Shown here piece by piece: positions 1 to 13,791 of a stretch of DNA of 64,000 bases. Below the pieces are notes generated by a model. The model worked only from the letters and a program-made list of their open reading frames with translations. It was not told the origin of the DNA and did not search any database. Source of the DNA: Alphaproteobacteria bacterium (GTDB lineage: Bacteria > Pseudomonadota > Alphaproteobacteria > Micropepsales > Micropepsaceae); the NCBI GenBank assembly GCA_028871345.1, contig JAGWNK010000015.1:7064-71063 (forward strand). The letters run 5' to 3'. The position numbers and the translations under genes were made by a program. Numbering within the stretch: the stretch's first letter is position 1; every line of letters begins with the position of its first letter.

Positions 1-1048
1 TGTAGCGGCCGAACATCGGCAGCGGCCGGCCGATCTGGTCCACGGCGATGTTGTCCCTGCCGTAGTAATCGACGGGGCCGGCGCCGCCGATTTCGAAGAA
101 CGCCATCGGCATCACGGTCGACACGCCGGCGCGCAGCACGTTGCCTTCCGCCGTGATCTCGCCCGTCTCGAAGGGATGCCCCTTCCATTCGTAAGCCACC
201 AGGTTGTAGTGGACGGCGCGCTGACCGGGATCGTAGATGAGGTTGTTGATCAGCGCCGCATGATCGCCGCCCTTGAACAGGGGACTGCGCTCGTAATTGT
301 GGGCGAAGATGTTGCGAGCGATCAGGATGTCGGTGGTGTTGTCGTGGATCAGGGCGCCTTTGGAATGCTCGATCTTCCAGTGGGTCGAGCGGCTCAGCGC
401 CTCGGAGATCAGGTTGTTGGTGACCGAGATGCGGTGCGAGGTGTGCTGGCGCCATTCGTCGACATCGGCGCCCACGAAGCGCGGACCCGACACGGCGAAA
501 TTCTTGTTGGTCGCCCACGACACGCTGCAATGGTCGATGATGACATCATGGGCGCCTTCGTCGGTGCGGATGCCGTCGGTCGAATAGCCGCCCGCCTTGG
601 GCTGGTTGTCATCGCCGGGGCGAATGCGCAGGTGCTGCACGATCACGTCGTGGGTGACGATGGCGATGCTCTGGGCGCGGATCAGCGTGATGCCCGGCGA
701 AGGCGCCGTCTGCCCGGCGATGGTGAGATAGGGCTCGGTGATGCGTACGTCGCGCCTGGCGAGGTCGATGACGCCGCCCACCTCGAAGACGACGATGCGC
801 GGGCCTTTGGCTTCGACCGCGGCCAGGAATGAGCCGGGTCCGTCGGCGGCGAGCGTCGTCACCTTGATGATCTGGCCGCCGCGGCCTCCTGGCGTGGTGG
901 CGGCCCAGCCCATGGCGCCCGGAAAGGCCAGTTGCGCGCCGGGGGCGGCCGGAGGCGGGGCCTTGCGGCGATGGCGCGAAGCCGCGCCGGAGGGCATGGC
1001 GAGCGCCAGGCACAAGGACAAAATCAGCAAGCTTCCGGGCCGGTGCAT
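1..1048 (-). CDS. Secreted right-handed beta-helix / pectate-lyase-like protein; the 3' end runs off the window and the gene is absent from the supplied ORF track
   Basis: Own translation from ATG 1048: MHRPGSLLILSLCLALAMPSGAAS (signal-like) ...TIAGQTAPSPGITLIRAQSIAIVTHDVIVQHLRIRPGD...DGIRTDEGAHDVIIDHCSVSWATNKN...ARNIFAHNYERSPLFKGG...RDNIAVDQIGRPLPMFGRY. The frame was checked open down to base 2. The motif pattern resembles polysaccharide lyase family 1. Confidence 0.55.
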   Translation of the reverse strand, partial: MHRPGSLLILSLCLALAMPSGAASRHRRKAPPPAAPGAQLAFPGAMGWAATTPGGRGGQIIKVTTLAADGPGSFLAAVEAKGPRIVVFEVGGVIDLARRDVRITEPYLTIAGQTAPSPGITLIRAQSIAIVTHDVIVQHLRIRPGDDNQPKAGGYSTDGIRTDEGAHDVIIDHCSVSWATNKNFAVSGPRFVGADVDEWRQHTSHRISVTNNLISEALSRSTHWKIEHSKGALIHDNTTDILIARNIFAHNYERSPLFKGGDHAALINNLIYDPGQRAVHYNLVAYEWKGHPFETGEITAEGNVLRAGVSTVMPMAFFEIGGAGPVDYYGRDNIAVDQIGRPLPMFGRY

Positions 1049-1299
1049 GTGGCCTTCCCCGTGTGATTCCGAAGGGCCAGACCACCCTTCGCCAGGAATA
1101 ATGACACCGGTTACCTTCAGGTGCAAGCGGGTCTTAATTCCAGGTCCGTGACGTCCTGGCGAACGACCGCCACCGGCGGCCGGCGCCTTGCCGTGGCATT
1201 CATCGCGATGGCGGCTTGCTGCGCCGTCTTTCGCCGATCCGGGCGCGACGCGAGCCGCAGGACTTGCAGCACGACAAACGCCCAGACGCGTCGGACGCC

Positions 1300-1770
1300 C
1301 TATGACGCGGGCTTCGGCCTGGGGTCCATCGCTTCGGTCGCCAGATCGCGAATCCGGTCGAGGAATGAGCCGGAACGCAGGAATTGGAGATGCGCCGCGA
1401 ACCTGTCCTCGGCGAGGACTTTGCGGCCGAGATTCTTCTCTTCCTCTTTCATGAGCGCCAGAACGCGCTTGTCCTCCTCCGCCTCCAGCCAGTAGCCGTG
1501 CTGCCGTTCGCAGAAATCCATTTGGAGGTCGTAGAAGCGGTATTCAAATCGCTTCATCAGATCACCGCACTGGGGGCATTTGCGGGTCGAAGGCGTGCAG
1601 CCCAGCATCAGGCTGCCCTTTTCGTCGTCGCCGAAATCGAAGACTTCATCCTCGAGCTGCGCCAGTTCCTGACGGCTGAGCCACATGCCCTGACAAGAGG
1701 GGCAGACTTCCATCTCGACACCGTCGCGCGTTTTTTGGACCAGTTCAGCACTACAATCCGGGCACTTCAT
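1300..1770 (-). CDS. Zinc-ribbon (zf-TFIIB-like) domain protein
   Basis: Two CxxC...CxxC modules are present (MKCPDCSAEL..CPSCQGMWLSRQEL and KCPQCGDLM...). ATG 1770 is preceded by GGGAGG. The upstream 62 codons of the track ORF were discarded. Confidence 0.7.
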   Translation of the reverse strand: MKCPDCSAELVQKTRDGVEMEVCPSCQGMWLSRQELAQLEDEVFDFGDDEKGSLMLGCTPSTRKCPQCGDLMKRFEYRFYDLQMDFCERQHGYWLEAEEDKRVLALMKEEEKNLGRKVLAEDRFAAHLQFLRSGSFLDRIRDLATEAMDPRPKPAS

Positions 1771-1989
1771 GGAACCTCCCATCCTTCGGCCGATCAACAT
1801 TCGCACATCAGCGCCGCCGCCGGATACCCCACTCGCGCTTCGCCGGCACAGGTTCCGGATCGCCATTTTCGTTCGGGAAGGAAACCGATGCCGTCCGGCC
1901 CTTGCGGAGGACATCGGCGGGACCGCGGCATGACCCCTTCCCCAATTCCTTTGCAATTCGGACCTCGCCTTTCAGGGGAGGGAAAGTGT

Positions 1990-2448
1990 TCACGCCAGCG
2001 CGTCGACCGCCTCGTCGGTGAGGTTGCCGGGCACGATGGTGGCTGGGATGGCCTGCACGCCGGAGGCAAACAGGTTGACGAGAGGGCCGGGTCCGTCGCT
2101 GTCGGTTCCCGAGGCCAGGACCAGGATCGAGATGTCGCGGTCATGGGCGACCAGCTTCTGCAGACACTGCGCCGGATTGCCGCTTTCGATCACGAATTCG
2201 CACAGGATGCCCGCGAGATCGTTGACCGTTCGCGCCGCCTCGCTGATGAGCGTTTCCGCCTCCTGGCGGGCTTCGTCGGCCATGATCTCTTCGACACCGC
2301 GCCACTGCTGGAAGTCGGGCGGCTCGGCGACGAAGAGGAGCGTGACGCGCCCGCCGGTGTGCTCAGCACGGCGCGCCGCGAAGCGCAGCGCCACGCGGCA
2401 TTCGGGCGTCTTGTCCACCACCACCAGGAACTTGCGGGGCGCGGTCAT
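1990..2448 (-). CDS. Universal stress protein (UspA family)
   Basis: MTAPRKFLVVVDKTPECRVALRFAARRAEHTGGRVTLLFV...ISILVLASG shows the USP alpha/beta pattern. ATG at 2448; the rest of the 269-aa track ORF is Arg/Gly-rich shadow sequence. Confidence 0.7.
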   Translation of the reverse strand: MTAPRKFLVVVDKTPECRVALRFAARRAEHTGGRVTLLFVAEPPDFQQWRGVEEIMADEARQEAETLISEAARTVNDLAGILCEFVIESGNPAQCLQKLVAHDRDISILVLASGTDSDGPGPLVNLFASGVQAIPATIVPGNLTDEAVDALA

Positions 2449-2474
2449 GGCGCCAGCGTCCCCTATTGGCGCCC

Positions 2475-5105
2475 TTACGGCAAGTCCGCCAGACGCCGGA
2501 ACTCGTAAAGCAGCTCCAGCGCCTCTTTGGGCGACAGGGCATCGGGATCGCAGGCACGCAGCGCCTCGCCCAGCGCATCCTTGGGCTTGGGCGGCGCGGC
2601 GGCGCCAAACAGCGGCAGGTCGTCGATGCGCGCCAACGGCTTGTGGCCTTCGCGGCCTTCTTCCAGCGCCTTGAGCACGTCCTGGGCGCGCGCCACCACC
2701 GCCGCCGGCAGGCCCGCCAGCTTGGCGACATGGATGCCGTAAGAGCGATCGGCCACGCCGGGCACCACTTCGTGCAGGAACACGATGGTGTCGTTCCATT
2801 CGCGCACCCGCATGGTGACGCAGGCCAGGCCCTTGAGGCGCTCGGCCAGCACCGTCATCTCGTGATAGTGCGTCGCGAACAGGGAGCGCGACCGGTTCTT
2901 CAGGCTGAGATGTTCGGCCGTGGCCCAGGCGATGGCGAGCCCATCGAAAGTCGCGGTGCCGCGCCCGATCTCGTCGAGGATGACGAGGCTCTTCTCCGTC
3001 GCCTGGTTGAGGATCGCTGCGGTCTCCATCATCTCGACCATGAAGGTGGAACGCCCCGATGCCAGATCGTCACCGGCGCCCACGCGGCTGAACAGGCGAT
3101 CGACGACGCCGACACGGGCGGATTCCGCCGGCACAAAGGCGCCCATCTGAGCGAGGATGGCGATCAGCGCGTTCTGGCGCAGGAAGGTCGACTTGCCCGC
3201 CATGTTGGGACCCGTCACCAGCCACAGCCGGCGCTCGCCCGAGAGGTTGCAGTCGTTGGGCACGAAGGGCTGATGGGCGCCGGCGAGCGCGGCTTCCACC
3301 ACCGGATGGCGGCCGCGGATGACGGCGAAGGCGCGGCTGTCGTCGACCGCGGGGCGCACGTGGCGTTCCAAGACCGCCAGATGAGCGAGCGCCGACGACA
3401 CGTCGAGCAGCGCCAAGGCCTCGGCGATGCGCGACAAGGCCCGCGCCACCATGAGCGCGGCGGCGCCCATCTCGTCGAACAGCATCTTCTCGAGCGCCAG
3501 CGCCTGGTCGCCCGCTTCCGAGATGCGCTGCGCCAGAGTGGAAAGTTCGTCGGTGGTGAAGCGCACCGCGCCGCCCATGGTCTGGCGGTGGCGATAGCCC
3601 GCCGCGCTCAGCCGATCGGCGTGCTGAGGCGTCACTTCGATGAAATAGCCGAGCACGCCGTTGTGCTTGATCTTGAGCGGCGTGCCGGATTCATCGCGGT
3701 AGCGCGCCTCCAGCGTGGCGATGACGCGCCGGGATTCGTCGCGCAGGGCGCGCACCTCGTCGAGCGGCGCATGGGCGCCGGCGCGGATGAAGCCGCCGTC
3801 GCGCACATAGAAGGGCGGCTCGGCGACCAGGTGATGGCCGAGCTTGTCCTGCAGCGCCGAGACTTCGACGAGGCAATCGGTGAGCTCGGCGACGGCGCGC
3901 CCGGCCTCGCCTGGCGCCTCGGCGGACACGAGGTCGCGCAAGGCGCGGGCGCAGACGATGCCGTCGCGCAGCGCCGCCAGGTCGCGCGGGCCGCCGCGCG
4001 ACACCGACAACCGCGCCAGGGCGCGCGCGATATCGGGGGCGCGGCGCAGCTTGTCGCGCACCTCGTCGCGCAGATCGCGCGCCTCGACGAAGAAGGCGAT
4101 GGAATCCTGGCGCGCCGCGATCATGGCGACGTCGGTCAGGGGCGCGGCGAGGCGCGCCGCCAAAAGGCGGGCGCCGGCAGCGGTGACGGTGCGGTCGATG
4201 GTGGCGAGGAAGCTGCCGCCGCGCCGGCCGGCGAGCGTTTCGGTGAGTTCGAGATTGCGCCGGGTGGCACCATCGATGGCGAGGAACGCCTGCGAAGCCT
4301 CGCGCTTGAGCGGCATCAGCGCCGGCAGCTTGCCCTTCTGGGTCAGCTCGAGATAACCGATGAGCGCGCCCGCCGCCGACAGTTCGGCCCGCGAGAAGGC
4401 CCCGAAGCCGGCAAGTTCCGCGACGCCGTAATAGGCCTTGAGCGCCCGCTCGCCCGCCGAGGATTCGAATTTCACCGCCGGCAGCACCGTGACCGCCGCG
4501 CCCAGCGCCTTGAGCAGCGGCCCCGCCACGCCATCGCCGATGAGGTCGTCGGGAGCCAGCAGCTCCGTCGGCATGAGCCGCGCCAGCTCCGTCGCCAGGT
4601 CGCCCGCCATCGCCACCCGGAAGCTGCCCGCCGACATGTCGGCCGACGCCAGTGCCCATTCTCCGCCCGAACGCCCGAGGCTCGCCAGCGTGTTGGCCGC
4701 GGCGGGATCGAGCAGCGAATCCTCGGTCAGGGTGCCGGGGGTGACGAGGCGCACCACTTCGCGGCGTACCACGGCCTTGGAGCCGCGCCTGCGCGCCTGG
4801 GCGGGATCCTCCATCTGCTCGCAGATTGCGACGCGGAATCCTTTGCGGATGAGTCGCTCCAAGTACATTTCGGCGGCGTGCACAGGAACGCCGCACATCG
4901 GGATGTCCTGGCCCTGGTGACGGCCCCGCTTGGTGAGGGCGATATCGAGCGCTTCGGCGGCCTTCGCGGCATCATCGAAGAACAATTCGTAGAAATCGCC
5001 CATCCGGTAGAACAGGAGATATCCCGCGTGGGCGGCTTTGATTTCCAGGTATTGCGCCATTACAGGCGTGGCGCCGTCGCCCTCCTGCGGGGTGTGCTCA
5101 TTCAT
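2475..5105 (-). CDS. mutS: DNA mismatch repair protein MutS
   Basis: 876-aa ORF with the N-terminal [11 protein letters not shown]...[11 protein letters not shown] motif, Walker [14 protein letters not shown] and the DEIGRGT motif. Confidence 0.97.
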   Translation of the reverse strand: MNEHTPQEGDGATPVMAQYLEIKAAHAGYLLFYRMGDFYELFFDDAAKAAEALDIALTKRGRHQGQDIPMCGVPVHAAEMYLERLIRKGFRVAICEQMEDPAQARRRGSKAVVRREVVRLVTPGTLTEDSLLDPAAANTLASLGRSGGEWALASADMSAGSFRVAMAGDLATELARLMPTELLAPDDLIGDGVAGPLLKALGAAVTVLPAVKFESSAGERALKAYYGVAELAGFGAFSRAELSAAGALIGYLELTQKGKLPALMPLKREASQAFLAIDGATRRNLELTETLAGRRGGSFLATIDRTVTAAGARLLAARLAAPLTDVAMIAARQDSIAFFVEARDLRDEVRDKLRRAPDIARALARLSVSRGGPRDLAALRDGIVCARALRDLVSAEAPGEAGRAVAELTDCLVEVSALQDKLGHHLVAEPPFYVRDGGFIRAGAHAPLDEVRALRDESRRVIATLEARYRDESGTPLKIKHNGVLGYFIEVTPQHADRLSAAGYRHRQTMGGAVRFTTDELSTLAQRISEAGDQALALEKMLFDEMGAAALMVARALSRIAEALALLDVSSALAHLAVLERHVRPAVDDSRAFAVIRGRHPVVEAALAGAHQPFVPNDCNLSGERRLWLVTGPNMAGKSTFLRQNALIAILAQMGAFVPAESARVGVVDRLFSRVGAGDDLASGRSTFMVEMMETAAILNQATEKSLVILDEIGRGTATFDGLAIAWATAEHLSLKNRSRSLFATHYHEMTVLAERLKGLACVTMRVREWNDTIVFLHEVVPGVADRSYGIHVAKLAGLPAAVVARAQDVLKALEEGREGHKPLARIDDLPLFGAAAPPKPKDALGEALRACDPDALSPKEALELLYEFRRLADLP

Positions 5106-5183
5106 GGCTTGAGCCTAGCAGAACGCAGGACGGCCATGCCCCGCATCCCGGCGCGGTGCAAAGCCCGCCCGACCTGATATTCT

Positions 5184-7462
<2,279 letters not shown>

Positions 7463-7466
<4 letters not shown>

Positions 7467-7750
7467 TTGTCGTTACGCAGTACGGTTGTCCTGATCCCCG
7501 GCAAGGCGGGATTCTTCGCGACTGGCTTGAAGGGTATGTGCTGCCCGCTTTCGCGAGCCGCATCCTGGCTGTCGATCTTCCTGTCGCACGAGGTCGTGCA
7601 TCCCTGCAGGGACCCGACCGCCGGCCGGAATGCGATGCCTATATCGCCGCCGCCGCGATGGTTCACGGTCTGACGATGGTCACGCGCAACATCGCCGATT
7701 TTCAACCGATGGGGGTTGCGGTTCTCAACCCCTCACTTTCACAAAACTGA
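7463..7750 (+). pseudogene. vapC: 5'-truncated PIN-domain (VapC/FitB-like) toxin remnant
   Basis: LRDWLEGYVLPAFASRILAVDLPVARG...DAYIAAAAMVHGLTMVTRNIADFQPMGVAVLNP matches the C-terminal two thirds of VapC/FitB toxins. The N-terminal ~50 aa with the first acidic residues is missing. The ORF begins at the maeB stop, and there is no antitoxin upstream. Confidence 0.6.
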
Positions 7751-7764
7751 ACGAGACCAGACAC

Positions 7765-9165
7765 ATGACAAAGGCCCTCATCGACCGTCTCTGGGAAACC
7801 GACATCGTCCCCACGCTCACCGACTACATCCGCATCCCCAACAAGTCGCCGATGTTCGACCCAGGATGGATCGAGCACGGCCACATGGACAAGGCGGTGG
7901 CGCTGTTCGAGGCCTGGGCGCGCCGGGCGATCGCCAAGCTGCCGGGCGCCAGGCTCGACGTGGTGCGTGAAGGCAAGCGCACGCCGCTGATCTTCATCGA
8001 AGTGCCGGGCACGGCGCCGGGCACCGTGCTGCTGTACGGCCATCTCGACAAGCAGCCCGAGATGAAGGGCTGGTCGGACGGTCTGGGTCCCTGGACGCCG
8101 GTGCTGCGGGACGAAAAGCTCTATGGACGCGGCGGCGCCGACGACGGCTATGCGATGTTCGCGGCGCTGTCGGCGATTCTGGCGCTCAAGGAGCGCGGCC
8201 TGCCGCACGCGCGCTGCGTCATCACCATCGAGGCCGGCGAGGAATCGGGATCGCCCGACCTGCCCCATTACATCGAATCCCTGTCGGGGCGCATCGGCAC
8301 GCCGGACCTCGTCGTGTGCCTCGATTCGGGCTGCGGCAACTATGATCAGCTGTGGCTGACGACTTCGCTGCGCGGCATCGCGGCGGGCAAGCTCACCGTG
8401 CGGGTGTTGAACGAAGGCGTGCATTCGGGCGACGCGAGCGGCATCGTGCCGTCGTCGTTCCGCATCCTGCGCCTGCTGCTGTCGCGCATCGAGGACGAGG
8501 CGACAGGCATCATCAAGCTCAAGGAATTCTTCTCGGGCATTCCCGGCGACCGCGCCGAGCAGGCGGTCGCGGCCGGCAACATCCTGGGCGACGACGTGTT
8601 CACCCGCCTGCCCTTCGCAGGCCGCACCAAGCCGATGGCGACCAACCGCACGGAAATGATCCTCAACCGGACCTGGAAGCCGCAACTGGCCGTGATCGGC
8701 ATGGAGGGCTATCCCGCGCCGGAAAACGCCGGCAACGTCCTGTTGCCCTATTCGGTGGCGAAACTGTCCTTGCGCACGCCGCCGACCTGCGACGCGGAAG
8801 CCGCCGTGGCGGCGCTCAAGCGGGTGCTGGAAGCCGACCCGCCTTACGGCGCCGAGGTACGCTTCGACGCGGAGGCCGGACAGACAGGCTGGAACGCCCC
8901 GACGCTGGCGCCCTGGCTCGACAAGGCGCTGGCGCAGGCTTCGACGCAGCATTTCGGCAAGGCGGTGGCGTTCATGGGCGAAGGCGGATCGATCCCCTTC
9001 ATGGCCATGCTGGGGCGCAAATTTCCCAAGACCCAGTTCGTGGTGACGGGCGTGCTGGGCCCGGGCTCGAACGCCCATGGGCCGAACGAATTCCTGCACG
9101 TGCCCATGGCCAAGAAGCTGTCGGTCTGCATCGCCGACGTCCTGGCGGCGCACGCGACGAAGTAA
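7765..9165 (+). CDS. M20 family metallopeptidase (dipeptidase/ArgE-DapE-CPG2 superfamily)
   Basis: YGHLDKQPEM, LYGRGGADDGYAMFA and TIEAGEESGSPDL are metal-ligand motifs of the M20 family. ATG 7765 (MTKALIDRLW...). Confidence 0.8.
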   Translation: MTKALIDRLWETDIVPTLTDYIRIPNKSPMFDPGWIEHGHMDKAVALFEAWARRAIAKLPGARLDVVREGKRTPLIFIEVPGTAPGTVLLYGHLDKQPEMKGWSDGLGPWTPVLRDEKLYGRGGADDGYAMFAALSAILALKERGLPHARCVITIEAGEESGSPDLPHYIESLSGRIGTPDLVVCLDSGCGNYDQLWLTTSLRGIAAGKLTVRVLNEGVHSGDASGIVPSSFRILRLLLSRIEDEATGIIKLKEFFSGIPGDRAEQAVAAGNILGDDVFTRLPFAGRTKPMATNRTEMILNRTWKPQLAVIGMEGYPAPENAGNVLLPYSVAKLSLRTPPTCDAEAAVAALKRVLEADPPYGAEVRFDAEAGQTGWNAPTLAPWLDKALAQASTQHFGKAVAFMGEGGSIPFMAMLGRKFPKTQFVVTGVLGPGSNAHGPNEFLHVPMAKKLSVCIADVLAAHATK

Positions 9166-9169
9166 GTTT

Positions 9170-9463
9170 GATTGCGCTTTGAAGGCGCGTGCCAAGTCGG
9201 GCGCACCGTGGAGAATCCGGGCGATCTCGATGCGGTCCTTCCTCGCGCGAAACAGAATGACGTACTTGTCCTTCACTGCCATCCGCGGGCCCGACGCAAT
9301 GTCGTCGCGCCTGCGGTAGGCTTCCGGTGCATTGGCAATACTCTCTGCGACCGCGTGCAGTTCGGCGATAAAGGAATGAGCGCGGTTGGGATTGTCTGTC
9401 GCGATCCTCACCGATGCCGCGAATATCCAACACCGCGTCCGGCGAGAAGATCACAGGTTTCAT
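9170..9463 (-). pseudogene. parE: ParE/RelE-family toxin, frameshifted and lacking an in-frame stop
   Basis: MKPVIFSPDAVLDIRGIG is in one frame (ATG 9463, overlapping the parD stop as ATGA). The sequence continues as RIATDNPNRAHSFIAELHAVAESIANAPEAYRRRDDIASGPRMAVKDKYVILFRARKDRIEIARILHGAPDL in the next frame. The 1-nt shift lies near 9407-9411. No stop occurs near the expected end (~9170). Confidence 0.65.
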
Positions 9464-9747
9464 TTTTCTGTTTTCCGCGCCATCGCGGCATACTTTGCCT
9501 TCAGCTGCGCAAACACCTCTTCTGCGGGTATTCCTTCGCCGCGATCAAGTGCGTCAAGAGCGGGTGCGACGAGCCTTCGCAGTTCATCGACATCCATCGC
9601 TTCGACATGCCGCTTGAGCCGCCAGTCGCGGATGGCATCGCGGATCACCTCGCTGGTCGTGGCATAGTCGCCGGCCTCCACGGCATCTTTGATGGCGTCG
9701 ACCATGTCACGGGGCAGGGCGACACTGATCTTCTCGATTTTCGACAT
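9460..9747 (-). CDS. parD: ParD-like ribbon-helix-helix antitoxin
   Basis: MSKIEKISVALPRDMVDAIKDAVEAGDYATTSEVIRDAIRDWRLKRH (RHH/CopG-type, COG3609-like). ATG 9747 is preceded by AGGAGA. It is directly coupled to parE. Confidence 0.8.
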   Translation of the reverse strand: MSKIEKISVALPRDMVDAIKDAVEAGDYATTSEVIRDAIRDWRLKRHVEAMDVDELRRLVAPALDALDRGEGIPAEEVFAQLKAKYAAMARKTEK

Positions 9748-9893
9748 GACCGTTCTCCTGGTAGGAAATATTACTACCGGCGGGTCCTGCTGGAAAGCCG
9801 CGGCGGCGAGCCCTGCCGCAGTGCCGCAGGCTAACCCCTTCCAGAATCTCGCTCCGTTCCGGGAAATTACGGACCCTGCGGGGTTTTCACGGC

Positions 9894-9923
9894 CTTGCGA
9901 GGGCAGTACCCCCACCCTATATA
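9894..9923 (+). promoter_or_regulatory. Candidate RpoH (sigma32) heat-shock promoter of dnaK
   Basis: CTTG (9894-9897), a 17-nt spacer, then CCCTATATA (9915-9923), about 110 nt upstream of the dnaK ATG. This fits the alphaproteobacterial CTTG-N17-CCTATAT consensus. Confidence 0.6.
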
Positions 9924-10032
9924 CCCGCTAGCTGCAGCAAGGGCCTTTTTGGCTCATTGCCGCGGTTTCATTGGGGCGGGCATCCAGGTGCTTCTTCGGG
10001 AGGCTGAAAGCCCGCTGCCGTAAAAGGAAGGA

Positions 10033-11955
<1,923 letters not shown>

Positions 11956-12103
11956 TCGGCCCTTGGGCCAAACGGCGGAGACGCGGAATGGTCCGCAATG
12001 GTAGAGTGATCGGGCGCACCGCCCGGAAGGGCCGCGTCGAGCCGGCTGTGGGCGGCGCGGCCAATGACTACGTCATGCGCAGGGACATGACGACGGTACG
12101 GGT

Positions 12104-13240
12104 ATGAGCAAGCGCTGTTACTACGAGGTCCTGGGCTGCGGCAAAGGGGCCTCCCCCGCCGAGATCAAGGCGGCCTACCGCAAGCTCGCCAAGGAGCTGC
12201 ACCCCGACTGCAATCCCGGCGACCACGCCTGCGAAGGCAAGTTCAAGGAAATCAACGAAGCCTATGACGTCCTGAAGGACGACCAGAAGCGGGCCGCCTA
12301 TGACCGCTTCGGCCATGCCGCCTTCGAGAACGGCGGGCGCAACGGCTTCAACGCCGGCAACCCCTTCGACTTCACCGGCTCGTTCAGCGAAGTGTTCGAC
12401 GACCTGTTCGGCGAATTCATGGGCGGGCGCCATCACCGCCGCCAGAACCGCGGCGGCGACCTGCGCCACAATCTGCAGGTCAGCCTGGAAGAGGCCTACA
12501 AAGGCTGCCGCGTCGAGATCAAGGTGCCGTCCGCGGTCGCGTGTCAGGATTGCGAAGGCTCGGGCGCCGAATCCGGCACGCGCGCCGAGACCTGCCCGAC
12601 CTGCGCCGGCCACGGCAAGGTGCGCGCCAGCCAAGGCTTCTTCACCATCGAACGCACCTGCCCGCACTGCCAGGGGCGCGGGCGCGTCGTCAAAAATCCA
12701 TGCCGCAGCTGCGGCGGCTCCGGGCATGTGCAGAAGGAGCGCACCCTCGCCGTGGACATCCCGCCCGGCGTCGCCGAAGGCCTGCGCATCCGTCTGACGG
12801 GCGAAGGTCAGGCCGGGTTCAACGGCGGACCGCCCGGCGACCTCTATGTCTTCGTTTCGGTGGGCGAGCACCCGATCTTCCAGCGCGAAGGCCACAACCT
12901 CTATTGCCATGTGCCGGTGTCGTTCGTGACGGCGGCGCTGGGCGGCAGCATGGAAGTTCCCACGCTGGACGGCGGCCGCGCCAAGGTGGCGATCCCGGAA
13001 GGCACGCAGTCGGGCCGCCAGTTCCGCCTGCGCGGCAAGGGCATGCCGGTGCTGCAAGGCGGCGGGCTGCACGGCGATCTCTATGTCGAAATTGCCGTCG
13101 AGACGCCGGTCAAGCTGTCGAAGACCCAGAAGGAGCTGCTGCGCGCCTTCGAAGCCGCAAACCAACAGGGCAACCAGCCCGAATCCGAGGGCTTCTTCGC
13201 CAAGGTGAAAGAGTTCTGGTCGGCAGCGACCGGAAGCTGA
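12104..13240 (+). CDS. dnaJ: Molecular chaperone DnaJ
   Basis: J-domain (YYEVLGC...KLAKELHPD), G/F region and four CxxCxGxG zinc repeats. Confidence 0.97.
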   Translation: MSKRCYYEVLGCGKGASPAEIKAAYRKLAKELHPDCNPGDHACEGKFKEINEAYDVLKDDQKRAAYDRFGHAAFENGGRNGFNAGNPFDFTGSFSEVFDDLFGEFMGGRHHRRQNRGGDLRHNLQVSLEEAYKGCRVEIKVPSAVACQDCEGSGAESGTRAETCPTCAGHGKVRASQGFFTIERTCPHCQGRGRVVKNPCRSCGGSGHVQKERTLAVDIPPGVAEGLRIRLTGEGQAGFNGGPPGDLYVFVSVGEHPIFQREGHNLYCHVPVSFVTAALGGSMEVPTLDGGRAKVAIPEGTQSGRQFRLRGKGMPVLQGGGLHGDLYVEIAVETPVKLSKTQKELLRAFEAANQQGNQPESEGFFAKVKEFWSAATGS

Positions 13241-13791
13241 TGGCGGGGCGCGAACATCTTCGCTTCCTCGGCCGTGCCGCGGCGAACCCGGTGCTGGTCG
13301 GCGCCGTCCTGCCCTCCAGCCGTGCGCTGGCGCGCGCCATCGCGGCGCAGACCGATCCGGCGCGCGAAGGTCCTGTTCTGGAACTCGGTCCAGGCACCGG
13401 GGCCGTGACCACCGCGCTGATCGCCCGCGGTTACGCGCCGGGACGCATCACCGCCATCGAGCGCGACGAAGAATTCGCCGACCTGATCGAGGCGCGCTGG
13501 CCGCACCTCCATCTCATCCGCGCCAACGCCCTGGCGCTGAGCGATCTGGCGGGCGAGACGCGCTTCGCCCATGTCGTCTCGGGATTGCCGCTGCTCAACT
13601 TGCCCGCCTGGATGCGCGAGCGTCTGGTGTTCGACGCCCTGTCGCTCTTGCTGCCGGGAGGCTCGCTGATCCAGTTCTCTTATGGGTTCCACCCGCCCGT
13701 CGAACCACCGGAAGTCCAAATCGCGCGCGCCGCCCAGGTATGGCTCAACCTGCCCCCGGCGCGGGTGTGGGTGTATCGGGCGGCGGACTAA
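13240..13791 (+). CDS. Class I SAM-dependent methyltransferase, COG3963 phospholipid N-methyltransferase (PmtA)-like
   Basis: The ATG overlaps the dnaJ TGA (TGATG). [26 protein letters not shown] and the [15 protein letters not shown] motif are present. Only the C-terminal 183 codons of the 416-aa track ORF are used. Confidence 0.6.
   Translation: MAGREHLRFLGRAAANPVLVGAVLPSSRALARAIAAQTDPAREGPVLELGPGTGAVTTALIARGYAPGRITAIERDEEFADLIEARWPHLHLIRANALALSDLAGETRFAHVVSGLPLLNLPAWMRERLVFDALSLLLPGGSLIQFSYGFHPPVEPPEVQIARAAQVWLNLPPARVWVYRAAD

Noticed and set aside
2466-5177. 903-aa plus-strand ORF covering the whole mutS locus
   Set aside because: It is exactly antisense to a textbook MutS ORF. Its composition is Arg/Gly/Ala-rich with no recognisable motifs. 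This is a typical high-GC shadow frame.
7702-9411. 569-aa minus-strand ORF
   Set aside because: Only the first ~80 codons are ParE-like. The remainder is antisense to the M20 peptidase gene and exists only because parE has no stop codon at its expected end.
12541-13791. 416-aa ORF spanning dnaJ and the methyltransferase, and likewise the 530-aa ORF at 45266-46858 and the 511-aa ORF at 7630-9165
   Set aside because: The N-terminal portions overlap other genes out of frame or cross intergenic DNA. Internal ATGs with an SD (13240, 45743, 7765) give proteins of family-typical length.
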